50,246 nucleotides of DNA from Octopus bimaculoides. Lineage: Eukaryota. Positions 1 through 12,727 of the stretch are shown here, piece after piece. Made by a program: the position numbers and the translations under genes. The stretch is from contig NC_068993.1 of the NCBI RefSeq assembly GCF_001194135.2, forward strand, positions 45,496,708 through 45,546,953. The letters are read 5' to 3'. The notes beneath the pieces were generated by a model that ran no database searches, was not told the DNA's origin, and saw only the letters and a list, made by a program, of their open reading frames with translations. Position 1 is the first letter of the stretch. Each line of letters begins with the position of its first letter.

Positions 1-699
1 ATATATATACAGATACATATATGTGTCGATATATGCATGTGTGAGCCTGTGTCTGTGTGTCTGTGTTTGTGTGCGTGTTTGTGTTCATGTTTGTCAAAAA
101 TTTCCGATGACATTCTTACCGATAAACCTGAATTTTTATAAACTTATTATTGTGTCTGAATTTTAACAAATGTCGGATCATATATATGTATTAAATTATA
201 TAATAACAATGTTATAGTAATATGTTAAGTAAGTACAACCATTTGAAATATTGCCGATCTTAAGATCCGCAATCTGTAAATCGTGTACGTAAGTGTCTCT
301 TCTCTCGCACCAACAAGGTAAGGTAAATTTTAAATGTCTCTAATTAAATATAAATTCTTCCTTTTTCTCTCTCTCAAAAATCTCTATTTCATATTTCATA
401 ATTATTCTTCGTATCATATTTCCTCTGCTTAATATATTTTATTTTATTTATCTTATCTCATCCTATTAATTTATCTAATAGCTTAAACCTCTAGTCAAAA
501 CCTTTTTCTAAAACGAACAGAACAACTCAGCATATTTCTATTCCCTATTTTATTATTTACTCTCCGTATTATATTTTATCTACTTAACATATTCTGTTTA
601 TCGTATTTTATCCTATTTCGCTTTTTCTATCTTTATCCTTCTTTCTTTTATTTCTCTTTACTAAGTTAACATCTTTTCTTCTTAAATAATCGTACGTTA

Positions 700-1482
700 T
701 GGATACCAGCAGACGAAGGTTTGTACAGTGCCAAATTGAGACTAGTAAGAGAAAAATCATGCGTCGAAACTGGCAATAAGAGGAAATTCCTCGTTTTGTA
801 CAAGCATGTAACTTGGCCGACGGATAACCAGCAAATGACTTAATAGCAAAAATCCTGTATAGATATAATTTCTACAGGTCTATGGCCCAAATTTTACGAA
901 AGAAACAGGAGTTCATACGCTCCTATGATCTTATAAAGCCACATCTTGACCTAGAGGGCATTATGAGGGAAACAGGCTGCAAACAGGGCAATGAAGAGCC
1001 TGTGTGCTCTGATCAAACTCAGTAAGGCCAACCGGATGACAGAAAAAGACAAATGCCACCAGTACTACAAACGGTACTGAACGCTGCAATGGCTGTAGTA
1101 AATACAGTCAAAACAGTACCACACTAAAAGACAGACACAAGAAAACATACAAAGCAGCCAGGAAAAACGTGAACACTAAAAAGGCCAAAACCCAAGCACG
1201 AACCTATACGAAGAAACAGAATATCTGTAAATTTTACATGTATGGCACATGCTGGCATGGAGAAAAAGGGGGCAAACTGCAAATTTCCCCATCCCAAACA
1301 CCACCAGATTAACAAATAGGACGACAAAACAAACATGACGCAGTAAGGGGATACCAAAAAACTCGGACCTACGAACCCATAATTTACCAACAGCAACCAA
1401 CAGGTCTCACAAGTTCACACATACGCTCTGTTCCCCACAAAAGGCAATATGCAGAGGGTGTGCGAACTGCACCTATTTGAAC
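700..1482 (+). pseudogene. Decayed ORF with two CCCH zinc fingers, probably a non-LTR retrotransposon ORF1 remnant
   Basis: Manual translation. 1226-1292 gives CKFYMYGTCWHGEKG-[1-nt frameshift in the G run at 1268-1272]-NCKFPH. 1429-1482 gives CSPQKAICRGCANCTYLN (C-x6-C-x5-C-x3, with N at the H position). Stops and frameshifts lie upstream, and the region is truncated by (TA)n at 1484. Confidence 0.55.
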
Positions 1483-1517
1483 GATATATATATATATATA
1501 TCTGTGTGTATATATAT

Positions 1518-1565
<48 letters not shown>

Positions 1566-2430
1566 ACATACGTACATACATATATATAATTTTATATATA
1601 TATATATTATATGTATGTAATATATACTCCCACATGTGTGTGGGTGTATGTATGCATGTATGTACGTATGTATTTATGCATGTGTATATGAATATACCAG
1701 TTAATGTTTTTCTAATATGTAATTTAGCATAAAAATCCTTAGAGATATAAAAGCTTGAATTTTAAAAATAATTTACGGTCTTGGTTCTATAGTTTGTGTT
1801 TTGTTTCTTATGTTGTAATTATACTACCTCTAAATAAATGCTGATTAATTTTAAAAGCAAAAAAACCCTCTATAAATGACTAAGTTTATATGTATTATTT
1901 TCCATAAATGTATGGACGGTATAATATAATATTTATTAAAATTTGGTGAAAAAATTATTCTTTCAGACTTGATTAATTTCTCAAGCGTAATACAAGTTTT
2001 GATACGTGTATATTTTTTTTTATATACGGTGTTATGTTAGTTCATATTTTTATATTCGTTCACAAATATGCATTAGTATTATAGACAACTGCATGCAATA
2101 ACTAAAAATTTGTTTCTATTATCATTTTAAATTAAACATTCCAAGATTTTAATTTCCTCTACTTCTAACTCACTATGCTCACCGTGTCAGAATTAACATA
2201 AAAAAAGCACACAAAAAGTAACAAAAAAATACAGAAGCAAAAATAAAAAAAAAACAAAAAAATAAAAACAAAACTAACAGCAACAAGAAAAAAAAAACAG
2301 AATTTAAAGTATATACTTTTAAAATTATCCTTTATGATATTTTACTACTTAGCACGTTAATTGAGAGGACACCATTTTTGTATATGTTCATTATAAGATG
2401 AGTTGCATATCTGTCTACAGGTTTCATAAT

Positions 2431-2650
2431 AATGGTTCCAAATTTTGCTACAAGGGCAGCAATTTTTGTGGGGATGGTATAAGACGATTAGATCGACCCC
2501 AGTGTTCAGCTGGTACTTAATTTATCAACCCCCAAAAAGATGAATGGCAAAGTCAACCACGGCGGAATTTGAACTCAGAAAGGAGCGTCGGGCGAAATAC
2601 AGCAAAGTATTTCGTCCATCGAACTAACGATTCTCCCAGCTGGCCGCCTT
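2431..2650 (-). mobile_element. tRNA-derived SINE, family A (5' end AAGGCGGCGAGCTGGCAG...)
   Basis: Aligns by eye along its length with the copy at 14014-14231 (shared blocks cagtgttca.ctggtacttaatttatc.accc, gaactcag/gaacttag, gccgcctt). B-box-like GAGTTCAAA on the minus strand. Confidence 0.85.
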
Positions 2651-2896
2651 CAACAGGTCACATAATAATGAACCGACACACATACTAGAATATTTTATTC
2701 GTGTAAAACATAAAAGTATAAAAGTGAAAATTATGGCATATACATGCTCATACAGACACAAACACGTAAGTACACACACGCACGCACACAAGCACACAAG
2801 CACACAAGCACACACGCATACACATAGAGACACACACATGTATGTATGCACGTGTAGTAAAGTTTTCATGGCAAGTTTTGTATAACAACTATTTAA

Positions 2897-2954
<58 letters not shown>

Positions 2955-2985
2955 CGTATGTGCTTGTGTATTAAGTCGTAGAAAG

Positions 2986-3036
<51 letters not shown>

Positions 3037-4000
3037 CACAATATACATACCCCCCCCCATATATATATATGCATATATATATGTATATATATATTCAAGC
3101 ATTACAGAATGTTAAATTGAGACACGCACATAGTCGTTTATTTCTTACATACATATACTGTAATATTGCATATGCAAATACATGCATGTACAGGCGTACA
3201 AATATATACGCACACAGGCGCACGCATACACAGAAATAAATATGGAAACGAAGGACATGTAGAATCTCGCTATAACTGACTATACACTCTAACAAGCGAC
3301 CATGAAAATATTGTTTAAAAACACATGAAATATATCAAACACACAAAAAAATATACACATGGAAATATATTTACGAAAGTGTACGTAAAAAAATAGATTT
3401 ATAAATGATAAATATCGAACAAAATGTGTGAGAAAGGAAAGGAAAAATATATTCTATAAAGGAGAAGAGACAAAAGAGGGAGGCGGAAGATAAATGAGGG
3501 AAAGGCAACAATCATATATATATATATATATATATATATGANNNNNNNNNNATATATATATATATATATTTACCTGTGTGCATTGCTTATGTTTTCATGT
3601 AAGTACATATATGTATGAAAGCATGTGTGGATATATCGGGTATGCACATATCTTAAATGATATTGAATAAATAATATTGAATAAATGATATTGAATAAAT
3701 ACGCAATGTGAATATGCGTGAAACACTAGATCCTTCCATGTTATGGTATTGCACGCTTTTTCTTCAGTTTTTCTCTGCGTTTATATCTCTATTATTTTCG
3801 TTCTATATTTCATTTACTTTACTTCATTCTTCATTCCCTGAAGCAACCTCCCATTTATTAACAATCTAGCCACACTGCCTCGGCTCCCAACCTACTCTAC
3901 CTCTTACTATTAACAGTTTCTTTCTCACCGTATATAATATCTATTTTTTCACGCCACTCTCTAAATCTATATCTCATATTCCATATTCATTTTCCTACTG

Positions 4001-4031
<31 letters not shown>

Positions 4032-4396
4032 GCATATATATCTATATATATATACATATACATATATAGATATATATATACATGCATATATATATATATG
4101 TATAAAAGTACATATATACATTTGTAATATACAATATATATGTATAGATATATAATAATATGTAATATATGTGTATATATATATAATATATGTATGTTAA
4201 TTTACATGTGTGTGTGTATGCTGTGAACAGGCATTTGCAAGGTATCAAGTGATATATAACTTATATATACAAAAGAGATTACATAAATATATAAATTTCT
4301 CATAAAAACCAAGATAACCCTGTCGTTGAAAGTTCATAGTCATACGTCATAGACAGGTGCAAATCAGGAAATCCTTACAGTAATATCATGGAAAAT

Positions 4397-4458
<62 letters not shown>

Positions 4459-4838
4459 TGTATGTGTGTGTGTGGGTGAGTGTGTTGTGTACCTATATAA
4501 ATAACTGATGTAATATCGTCATCAGCGTTGAGTAGAGAGCTGAAGCTTGAACAGAAAATTACTGCATGAATCAAAATAAAATCAGAACTAACATGGGAAT
4601 GTAACAAAATAAGATGAAGATATTGAACATTTTTTCTGTCTTTCTTCTAGTAAGAATATGTCATTGTGAAATAGGCTCCATCAACCGTATTTAAGAAGAT
4701 TTGCACAAAATGACGTTACACTTTATATAACGTCTTTTTATTATATTATACAGAAACGTTGTATTTGCGAGATGTTTATTTTAGATATTATAATGTGTAT
4801 ATACACGTGTATACATACTATAAAAAAGTCTGTGCTTG

Positions 4839-4881
<43 letters not shown>

Positions 4882-4933
4882 GTCTATGAGTGAGTGCCTG
4901 TACTTGTAAATATATGTATATATCTGTACACAC

Positions 4934-4991
<58 letters not shown>

Positions 4992-5232
4992 ATATTCGTT
5001 TATTTATGTATATATATTTCATGAGAATAGGACAAAAGTTACTCAGAAATATAGAAATTTATGTCAAAACACTTTTCAAACTCAGATTAAAATCAGATTT
5101 GTATTAACAAAACACCATGTGTGTATAATGATTATGGTATATACATTGAAAGATTCCATTTTATAATGGAGGTTGTTAAAGTGAAACGGAATTTGTGCAT
5201 TGTGATGTTTAAACAGTTTTTCCATTAGCATT

Positions 5233-5797
5233 ATAAGCGGTATGCATCTTTTCTCATCTCAAGTTACTGTGATAAGATTTAATCTCAAACAGATTTAGTT
5301 GCTATTTCTAACACACACATCTGCAGTATAATAGGGTCTCACTATATAAGCGCTATGCGTCCTCTTTCACGTCATGTTACTGTGATAAGATTTAATCTCA
5401 AACAGATTTAGTTGCTATTTCTAACACACACATCTGCAGTATAATAGGGTCTCACTCTATAAGCGCTATGCGTCCTCTCTCACGTCATGTTACTGTGATA
5501 AGATTTAATCTCAAACAGATTTAGTTGCTATTTCTAACATATCCATCTACAGTATAGTAGGGTCTCCCGTTATGAACGTCATGCGCCCTTTCTCATATCA
5601 TGTTACAGTGACAAGATTAACTCTTAGACAGATTTAGTTGCTATTTCTAACATACTCAGGTACGGATATATTAGGGTCTTACGTTATGAGCGGGATGCTT
5701 CCTTTCTCGTGTCATGTTACCGTGACAAAATTTAATCTCAGACAGATTTAGTTGCTATTTCTAATTACCCATCTATCGTATACTAGGCTCTCACGTT
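5233..5797. repeat. Tandem array, 5 copies of a ~113-bp unit
   Basis: Unit starts at 5233, 5346, 5459, 5572 and 5686. The 23-mer acagatttagttgctatttctaa is identical in all five units. Confidence 0.95.
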
Positions 5798-7069
5798 GGC
5801 TGAGTCAAGATTTAAATGTTTAGTTCCAGGATAAATTTGATCAAGCGAACCTATGATTAACAGCGTTTGAATTGTGACTACTTATTTTATGTTATATTTA
5901 AAAACGTAGTTTATATAATACTGGGCTGCCCAGTGTGATTTTCAATTTTGTTGAACGATGGTGCGGATTTCGTCGGATATAATGAGTCTTTCTCTCAACG
6001 ATGGCGACCGCATAGAAGTATCTGTAGTGGTTTAGTGTGATTTGATTTCAATACTTGTTTGAAGAAGATATTTCAGAACTGTGTTTGTGAAAACCTACGA
6101 AAACCTATATACGTCTATTCATATCTCTTAAAGCGTTAGAGTTTCTCGTGTACTTGCTTCGGTTGTTATTACGGATATTTCATAGCCTTCATACAAGTGA
6201 TACATTAAACGCTGTTTTCATAGCCCGGTGTATGAAAAATATGTATTCTATATTTGCTGTACGAAATTTAAATGGGTACACCGGGCTGCAGTTTAAATGT
6301 GGCCCTGGATGAAAGATTTCAGGTATTTTATTATTGTCATGAATTTAAACTTAAGCCAATCCTAACACCCTCAGTTCTCTCTCGTATCTAAGTTAGCGTA
6401 TTGGATGATATATATGTTGCATAATTTTATGGCTGAGTACAACATCCCACAATGTAAAAATCAATAAAATAAGTAGCAGCTATATAATGAATTTGATTTA
6501 TTCTAATATAACTCCTTCCTACATATAACTTGCTTTTAAGTATAGGGGTTAAGAGGCCGCATATTAATGTAAGAACACATTATTGTAATTGTTGTTGTTG
6601 ATATTAATTCATTTTCGGTATTGCCAGTGTAGTTGTCTCGTGATAACTTCAATGCAATGCAGTATATCTCTCTTCGTCACATAAATGTCGAGTGTTATGA
6701 AATTTGCCACTCATAACGTTAATGGAAAAATCGTTTAAAATCATTGCATTATAATAATCTGGGTTTGAAGACCGACAACTTTTCATTGGTCAAATGCGTC
6801 ATTATTTGTGTATTTATTGAGGAACTAAGATTTATCGTTTAAATATATTTGTATCATACACGGGTCAATTTAGTTAAAGAAAATATCGGAAGGAAGTCGA
6901 ACAGTGTCTTAAAAGAAGATATCATCTTCCTTCATTCTGAGTTCAAACTGGCCGGTTTCTGCCTAAAACGTTCAAACGATGTTAGCGTTTTCGTTATTGT
7001 TCAATCTCAGCTGTAGACTTTCTGTTTTGTCGTTTTTGAGATAAGGAATGTAATGTTACATAATTGAAT

Positions 7070-7433
7070 CATTTACAGTCATAAAATTGTCGCCGCCATG
7101 CAGGGGAATCGCATTAAAGGGTTTTAGTCGAACGGATCAACTGTAGTACTTACATTTATTTCTAATTTTGATACTTATTCTACCGACCTCTTTGATCGAA
7201 CTGTTAGCTTACAGGGGGATAAACGATCCAAAACCGATTATCAGGTGGTAGGGTATGAGATAGACAAATGCAAACATAAATTTTTTAAAAAATACACACT
7301 GAGGTATATATATATATATATATTTATGTGAAAAGGATGTGTTATAATATTATTCCACAGCCATACCAACAATCCAATATACCTCCATCATCAGCTGCCC
7401 CATGGATATCATTATGGTTTCGACACCTGGGTA

Positions 7434-7481
<48 letters not shown>

Positions 7482-7655
7482 ATATATATGGTATTGGGAT
7501 ACACAGTTTCCTTCTACGAAATTCACTCACAAGGCACTGGTCAGCCTTGGCCTGGGGCTATGACTGAAGATATTTTCCCAGTGTACCGCGCGGTGATGCT
7601 GAACCTGAAAACACGTTATTGCAAAACGAGCTTCTTAACACATAATCACGAGTGT
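7070..7655 (-). mobile_element. Composite tRNA-derived SINE, family B/C (tRNA head, internal microsatellite, 3' domain)
   Basis: The head at 7500-7655 matches 41431-41600 in reverse orientation. The 3' domain at 7070-7255 matches 41870-42050 and 17052-17146 in reverse orientation. Confidence 0.7.
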
Positions 7656-7815
7656 ATCGGTAAAGGACACACACACACACACGCACACACACACACACAC
7701 ACAAACGAAAAAACAAAATCAAGAGCAAGAGCAACAACAATGAAAACAAAGTTTGTAACAATCTGGCGGGACACCAACATGGCCACGCAAGACGGTAAAA
7801 GTGCTCAGCACCAAT

Positions 7816-8022
7816 GGTAGCGAGTAGAAGAGTCGTTAGCGCGTCGGACAAAATGCTCAGCGGAATTTCTCCCAGATCTTTGTGTACTGAGCTCAAATTG
7901 CCCCGTGATAAAAATTGTCTTTTATTCTTTCGATGTTGATAGAATAAGTACCGGTTGAGCACTGGTGCCGATATAGTCGACTTATCCCTCCTATCAAACG
8001 GCTGGTTCTATACCAAAACGTT
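7816..8022 (+). mobile_element. SINE family A copy
   Basis: gtcgttagcgcgtcggacaaaatgctcagcgg...agaataagtaccggttgagcactgg matches the reverse complement of 14014-14231. Confidence 0.75.
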
Positions 8023-8046
8023 AAAAGAATTATTGTTTAGCTGTAA

Positions 8047-8205
8047 AGGTAGCGAGCTTGTAGAATCGTTAGTGCGTTAGATAAAATACAAAGCGGCATT
8101 TCTTCAGACCCTTTTCATTTTGGATTCAATTTCCCCCCAAGAATGACATTAGTTCTGTGTTGATAAAATAAGTAGCAGAAGAGTACTGGGGTCCAAGTTA
8201 TCGAA
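8047..8205 (+). mobile_element. Second, more diverged SINE family A copy in tandem
   Basis: aggtagcgagcttgtagaatcgttag...ataaaataagtagcagaagagtactggggtc. Confidence 0.65.
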
Positions 8206-8324
8206 TTTCGTCATAACTGAATATTGCTTGTCTTGTGTCAAAACTTGAAAGTATTATTGTTTAGCACCAAGTTGGATCTGATTGAGTAATCTCATGATCA
8301 AAGGCATTGCACGCCTTGTGAAGT

Positions 8325-8615
8325 TCAGGGATTAGTGCATTCGGTTCACGAACTTAAGGCGGTGACTTCGATTTCTAACGCGCGCTGGTGTCCTTGAGCG
8401 AAAAATTTATATGACGTTGCTCCAGTCAACTCATCTGGCAAAAATGCGTTTTACATGTATTTCAAATGGCGAACCTTCTCATATTCTGTATCGCGCTTAT
8501 TCTTCCTGCGACCTACGTTAAGGGTACGTGTGCCTTTGGAGTGTTCAGCCACTTGCACGGTAATTTCGTTAATTGTATCGAGTGGAATATTCATCGTCGT
8601 AACCGACGGAGTGCC
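8325..8615 (+). mobile_element. SINE family D (Meta-domain-like core, tail ...CGTCGTAACCGACGGAGTGCC)
   Basis: Core gtgtccttgagc...gttgctccagtcaactcatctggcaaaaatg. The tail is shared with the reverse copy at 14347-14617. Confidence 0.7.
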
Positions 8616-9420
8616 CAGTCACATCCCAAACTACTTAGTCTAGTTTTCATTTCTTGTGTAAAGCAAATCATACTTTACTGCATTTTCTAGAAGATTTATT
8701 GGATCTGCAGTAAAATATTAAAATATCTACCAGAAACATCCAATTTCTATTAAATAGTTATAGTTGGACATAACCAGATCCAAAATTTTAACACTCTAAG
8801 GGCAGTGAACCTGTATTTGACATCACAAAACTTTAGACCTTATATCTCAAGAATAAGGATATTACGAATCAAAGTTTCTTCTGATACTACAAATCCTAAT
8901 AGAGTCTCTCAGGCCATAGTACGTGCTTCCGAATATATAACGATGTTACTTGTCATTCCAAGTTGTCAAACGAGGTTTCAAAACGGTTAAGGGGTGTGAG
9001 GTGTCGTGGAAATATATGAACACATGCAGAGTATTCATACAGAAACATGCATATACACACAGTCATGCAGTCACACACAAACATATACAGCACGCAATTA
9101 CATGCAAACGTACATGTGTACATATATACACGCACACATATGTATATATGTGTCCGTGATGAGGTCATTCTTAAAAGCTAATTTAAGAATAACAAGACAT
9201 CATTTACTGATTCGTATATTCATTAGTAAGAATGGAATTGAAATTATAAAATTCGTTTTGAGCGGAATTTCAGATTTACTTGATAGGTCAATCAACTAGA
9301 GTTGCTGAAGAAGCTGTAGTTCATACATACTTACATACATACATACATACAAACACACACACACATACATACACACATAAATACATACTTACAAACATAC
9401 ATAAATGCAAGCATGCATAC

Positions 9421-9760
9421 ATTGGGGCACTAGCATATGCAACACACTGCCTAAATATCAAGCTTGAGAATTTAGGCATCTCAAAATCAGAAATGAGAAC
9501 GCTGATTCGAAGACTACAGATCCAATCCATCACTGGAGCTAAAAGTCTTTAAAACTTTTCAGAAGTTTATCATTTAAGTTTATATGAGCATGTCTAGATA
9601 TGCAGCTATATGCATGAGAATACGTACATAAAACAACATACAAATCTTCACCTGTTGATGTTGTTGAAATTCCAATGAAGTAGCCTTGGATCTAGGTTAG
9701 AAACCGACTCTTTCTCTACTAGCAAGATACCTTGAGCAAAAAAACTCAATAAAGACATGC
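9421..9760 (+). mobile_element. 3' end of an REL-type (R4/Dong-like) LINE: ORF C-terminus plus 3' UTR
   Basis: Translation IGALAYATHCLNIKLENLGISKSEMRTLIRRLQIQSITG-[fs]-KVFKTFQKFII* resembles the GALG..L..LG..LQ..GT.KI tail of REL-domain LINE ORFs. Confidence 0.6.
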
Positions 9761-9934
9761 ATACATATATTATCATTATCTTATGATATTTACTTTGTAT
9801 TATATTATACTTATTTATCGAGCATTTACATATAAAACTTTTCTATATGTAACTGTGAATTTTCATGAATGAGTTCATGAACTTTGGTTCTTTTCTCTAA
9901 AACAGTATATATATATATATATATATATATATAT

Positions 9935-10568
9935 NNNNNNNNNNNNNNNNNNNNNNNNNNNNNNNNNNNNNNNNNNNNNNNNNNNNNNNNNNNNNNNNNN
10001 NNNNNNNNNNNNNNNNNNNNNNNNNNNNNNNNNNNNNNNNNNNNNNNNNNNNNNNNNNNNNNNNNNNNNNNNNNNNNNNNNNNNNNNNNNNNNNNNNNNN
10101 NNNNNNNNNNNNNNNNNNNNNNNNNNNNNNNNNNNNNNNNNNNNNNNNNNNNNNNNNNNNNNNNNNNNNNNNNNNNNNNNNNNNNNNNNNNNNNNNNNNN
10201 NNNNNNNNNNNNNNNNNNNNNNNNNNNNNNNNNNNNNNNNNNNNNNNNNNNNNNNNNNNNNNNNNNNNNNNNNNNNNNNNNNNNNNNNNNNNNNNNNNNN
10301 NNNNNNNNNNNNNNNNNNNNNNNNNNNNNNNNNNNNNNNNNNNNNNNNNNNNNNNNNNNNNNNNNNNNNNNNNNNNNNNNNNNNNNNNNNNNNNNNNNNN
10401 NNNNNNNNNNNNNNNNNNNNNNNNNNNNNNNNNNNNNNNNNNNNNNNNNNNNNNNNNNNNNNNNNNNNNNNNNNNNNNNNNNNNNNNNNNNNNNNNNNNN
10501 NNNNNNNNNNNNNNNNNNNNNNNNNNNNNNNNNNNNNNNNNNNNNNNNNNNNNNNNNNNNNNNNNNNC
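9935..10568. other. Assembly gap (one of 10; others at 3542-3551, 11153-11599, 13514-13932, 17228-17309, 24802-25183, 26183-26782, 27548-27659, 38638-38944, 41778-41787)
   Basis: N runs, nearly all flanked by (TA)n. Confidence 1.
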
Positions 10569-11070
10569 CCTCTTCCTTTCTATCTCCACCTTCTCTTAGT
10601 GAAATTCAAACGTAGGGTAAACAATAGCTCTGTCACCAACCTGGCTGTAGTGTTTTACTAAACTCCATGAAGAATCGGAATAGTTTGTCTTTGACACATC
10701 CTATAGTCAGAATTCTAAATGAAATGAATGAATAAAATTCTCACAATTACATTGGCACGTGCTAAACTTTTTTTTTCAGTTAAGCTCTTTAGCCCCTCCC
10801 TCTCACCATTATGACCCTGTTCATAGGGTCAAAGCTATTCCAACTATTTGGTTTCCGGATATTTGTGCATATCGGATTGCAATAACCAATGAATATTTTT
10901 GCAAGAGAATAGAATGCGTTACGAAAGAAATCTGGCTGTTACGTCTACCAGGCTGGAACAGCAACATAGAGAACTTTATAGCGGCTACATCTCTTTCACC
11001 TTCTCTCTCCCCACTCTCTCGGTCTGTCATTCACACAAACACATACATACCCACACATACACGCGTGCAC

Positions 11071-11122
<52 letters not shown>

Positions 11123-11728
11123 CAATTAAAAGGGTAAAGGTTTATCAATTTANNNNNNNNNNNNNNNNNNNNNNNNNNNNNNNNNNNNNNNNNNNNNNNN
11201 NNNNNNNNNNNNNNNNNNNNNNNNNNNNNNNNNNNNNNNNNNNNNNNNNNNNNNNNNNNNNNNNNNNNNNNNNNNNNNNNNNNNNNNNNNNNNNNNNNNN
11301 NNNNNNNNNNNNNNNNNNNNNNNNNNNNNNNNNNNNNNNNNNNNNNNNNNNNNNNNNNNNNNNNNNNNNNNNNNNNNNNNNNNNNNNNNNNNNNNNNNNN
11401 NNNNNNNNNNNNNNNNNNNNNNNNNNNNNNNNNNNNNNNNNNNNNNNNNNNNNNNNNNNNNNNNNNNNNNNNNNNNNNNNNNNNNNNNNNNNNNNNNNNN
11501 NNNNNNNNNNNNNNNNNNNNNNNNNNNNNNNNNNNNNNNNNNNNNNNNNNNNNNNNNNNNNNNNNNNNNNNNNNNNNNNNNNNNNNNNNNNNNNNNNNNA
11601 TATATATACGTATATGCCATCATATATTAATATCATGATTTAACTGTCTATCAATGTATGTATGTGTGAGTATGTATGTACGTACGTACGTACGTAGTAC
11701 CTACCTACCTATCTACCTACCTACTTAC

Positions 11729-11763
<35 letters not shown>

Positions 11764-12022
11764 AACGATAACAGTGAGAATTTCTGGAAACGTTAAGAAA
11801 AATAAACAGATATATATTATGGATCGAACATCAAAGTAAACATATGTCTACATCATAACTACTGTGTAGTATAGGCGATGGTTTGCAAGGACCTGCTGTC
11901 CAGTTCAATCTCACTATTGTGTGGTTTCCTGTATGGAAGCCCGTCGTATAGATGCTGAGTATAAAGTACGTAACGTTTGAAACATGAAATTCATCACTAT
12001 ACATTTCAACAATGCGGAAATT

Positions 12023-12470
12023 TTATTCATCAAATTAAGTACCATTACAATTAACACATTTTTGCCAATGAGTTACACGTTTGTTTATTCCGGTAGCATA
12101 AAAAATTGGAATTCTGGAACTGATGAACTCTTTGAACGCACTTTCAGCATCGGTTTGATTTTTGAACATCTCTCGCAGGAAACCATCAAGGTGCTTCAAA
12201 TAGTGATATTCGGTAGGAGAAAAGTCTGAGGAATAAGCTGGGTGGGGAGGACATCGTTACTAAGTTCCCTCAACTTCTGGGGCGTCATTAATGAAACGTA
12301 TTGTCGAATATTGTCATGAAGAATGATTGGCCCAATTCTGTTGACCAGTCTGGGACGGAGTGGCAGTTTTCCGTTCGTTTTGGCACTTTCCTGGCAATAT
12401 CTTTCTGCAGTAATGGTTTTTCCGGATTTTAATGTCCAGCAGGACACCAGCAAAGAGTCACCATACAGAG
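12023..12470 (-). mobile_element. Mariner transposase C-terminal fragment (cecropia/Hsmar1-like), pseudogenised
   Basis: Frames give KTITAERYCQ...RPRLVNRIGPIILHDNIRQYVSLMTPQKLREL and PHPAYSSDFSPTEYHYLKHLDGFL...FYATGINKRVTHWQKCVNCNGT*FDE*. These match the HDNARPH and YSPDL(S)P motifs of D,D34D mariners. Confidence 0.92.
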
Positions 12471-12489
12471 ATGATTTATGAATCCGACT

Positions 12490-12727
12490 GCTCTCAAAAA
12501 TGAAGAGAAAAAAATTCAGGACAAATAATCCAGAATCCTTGTCCGGTACCGGATCGATGCTAAAATCTAATCAGTTCGTGCCAGTCACGCGGCCAAACAT
12601 CCCTGAAAGTTTTATCCGAATCCATCTAGCAGTTCTTGAGATATCTTGTACCCGGACAAGTAAACAAACAAACAAACATGATTGAAAACAATACCTCCGC
12701 CTTTGCTAAGGTAGAGGTAATAATTAT
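12490..12727 (-). mobile_element. DINE-1/HINE-like non-autonomous Helentron-type element end
   Basis: Terminal stem-loop tacctccgcctt/aaggtagaggta (12692-12719, 10 of 12 positions paired) next to a (GTTT)n tract, then caagatatctcaag...gatggattcggataaacttt. This is the typical DINE-1-like layout. Confidence 0.6.

Noticed and set aside
5233-5797. CRISPR-like appearance (constant 23-mer at regular spacing)
   Set aside because: The sequences between the constant blocks are homologous to each other rather than unique spacers, there are no cas genes, and the context is eukaryotic.
10759-11030. Open frame after a tttttttcag acceptor
   Set aside because: The peptide is unrecognisable, runs into microsatellite, and has no clear donor.
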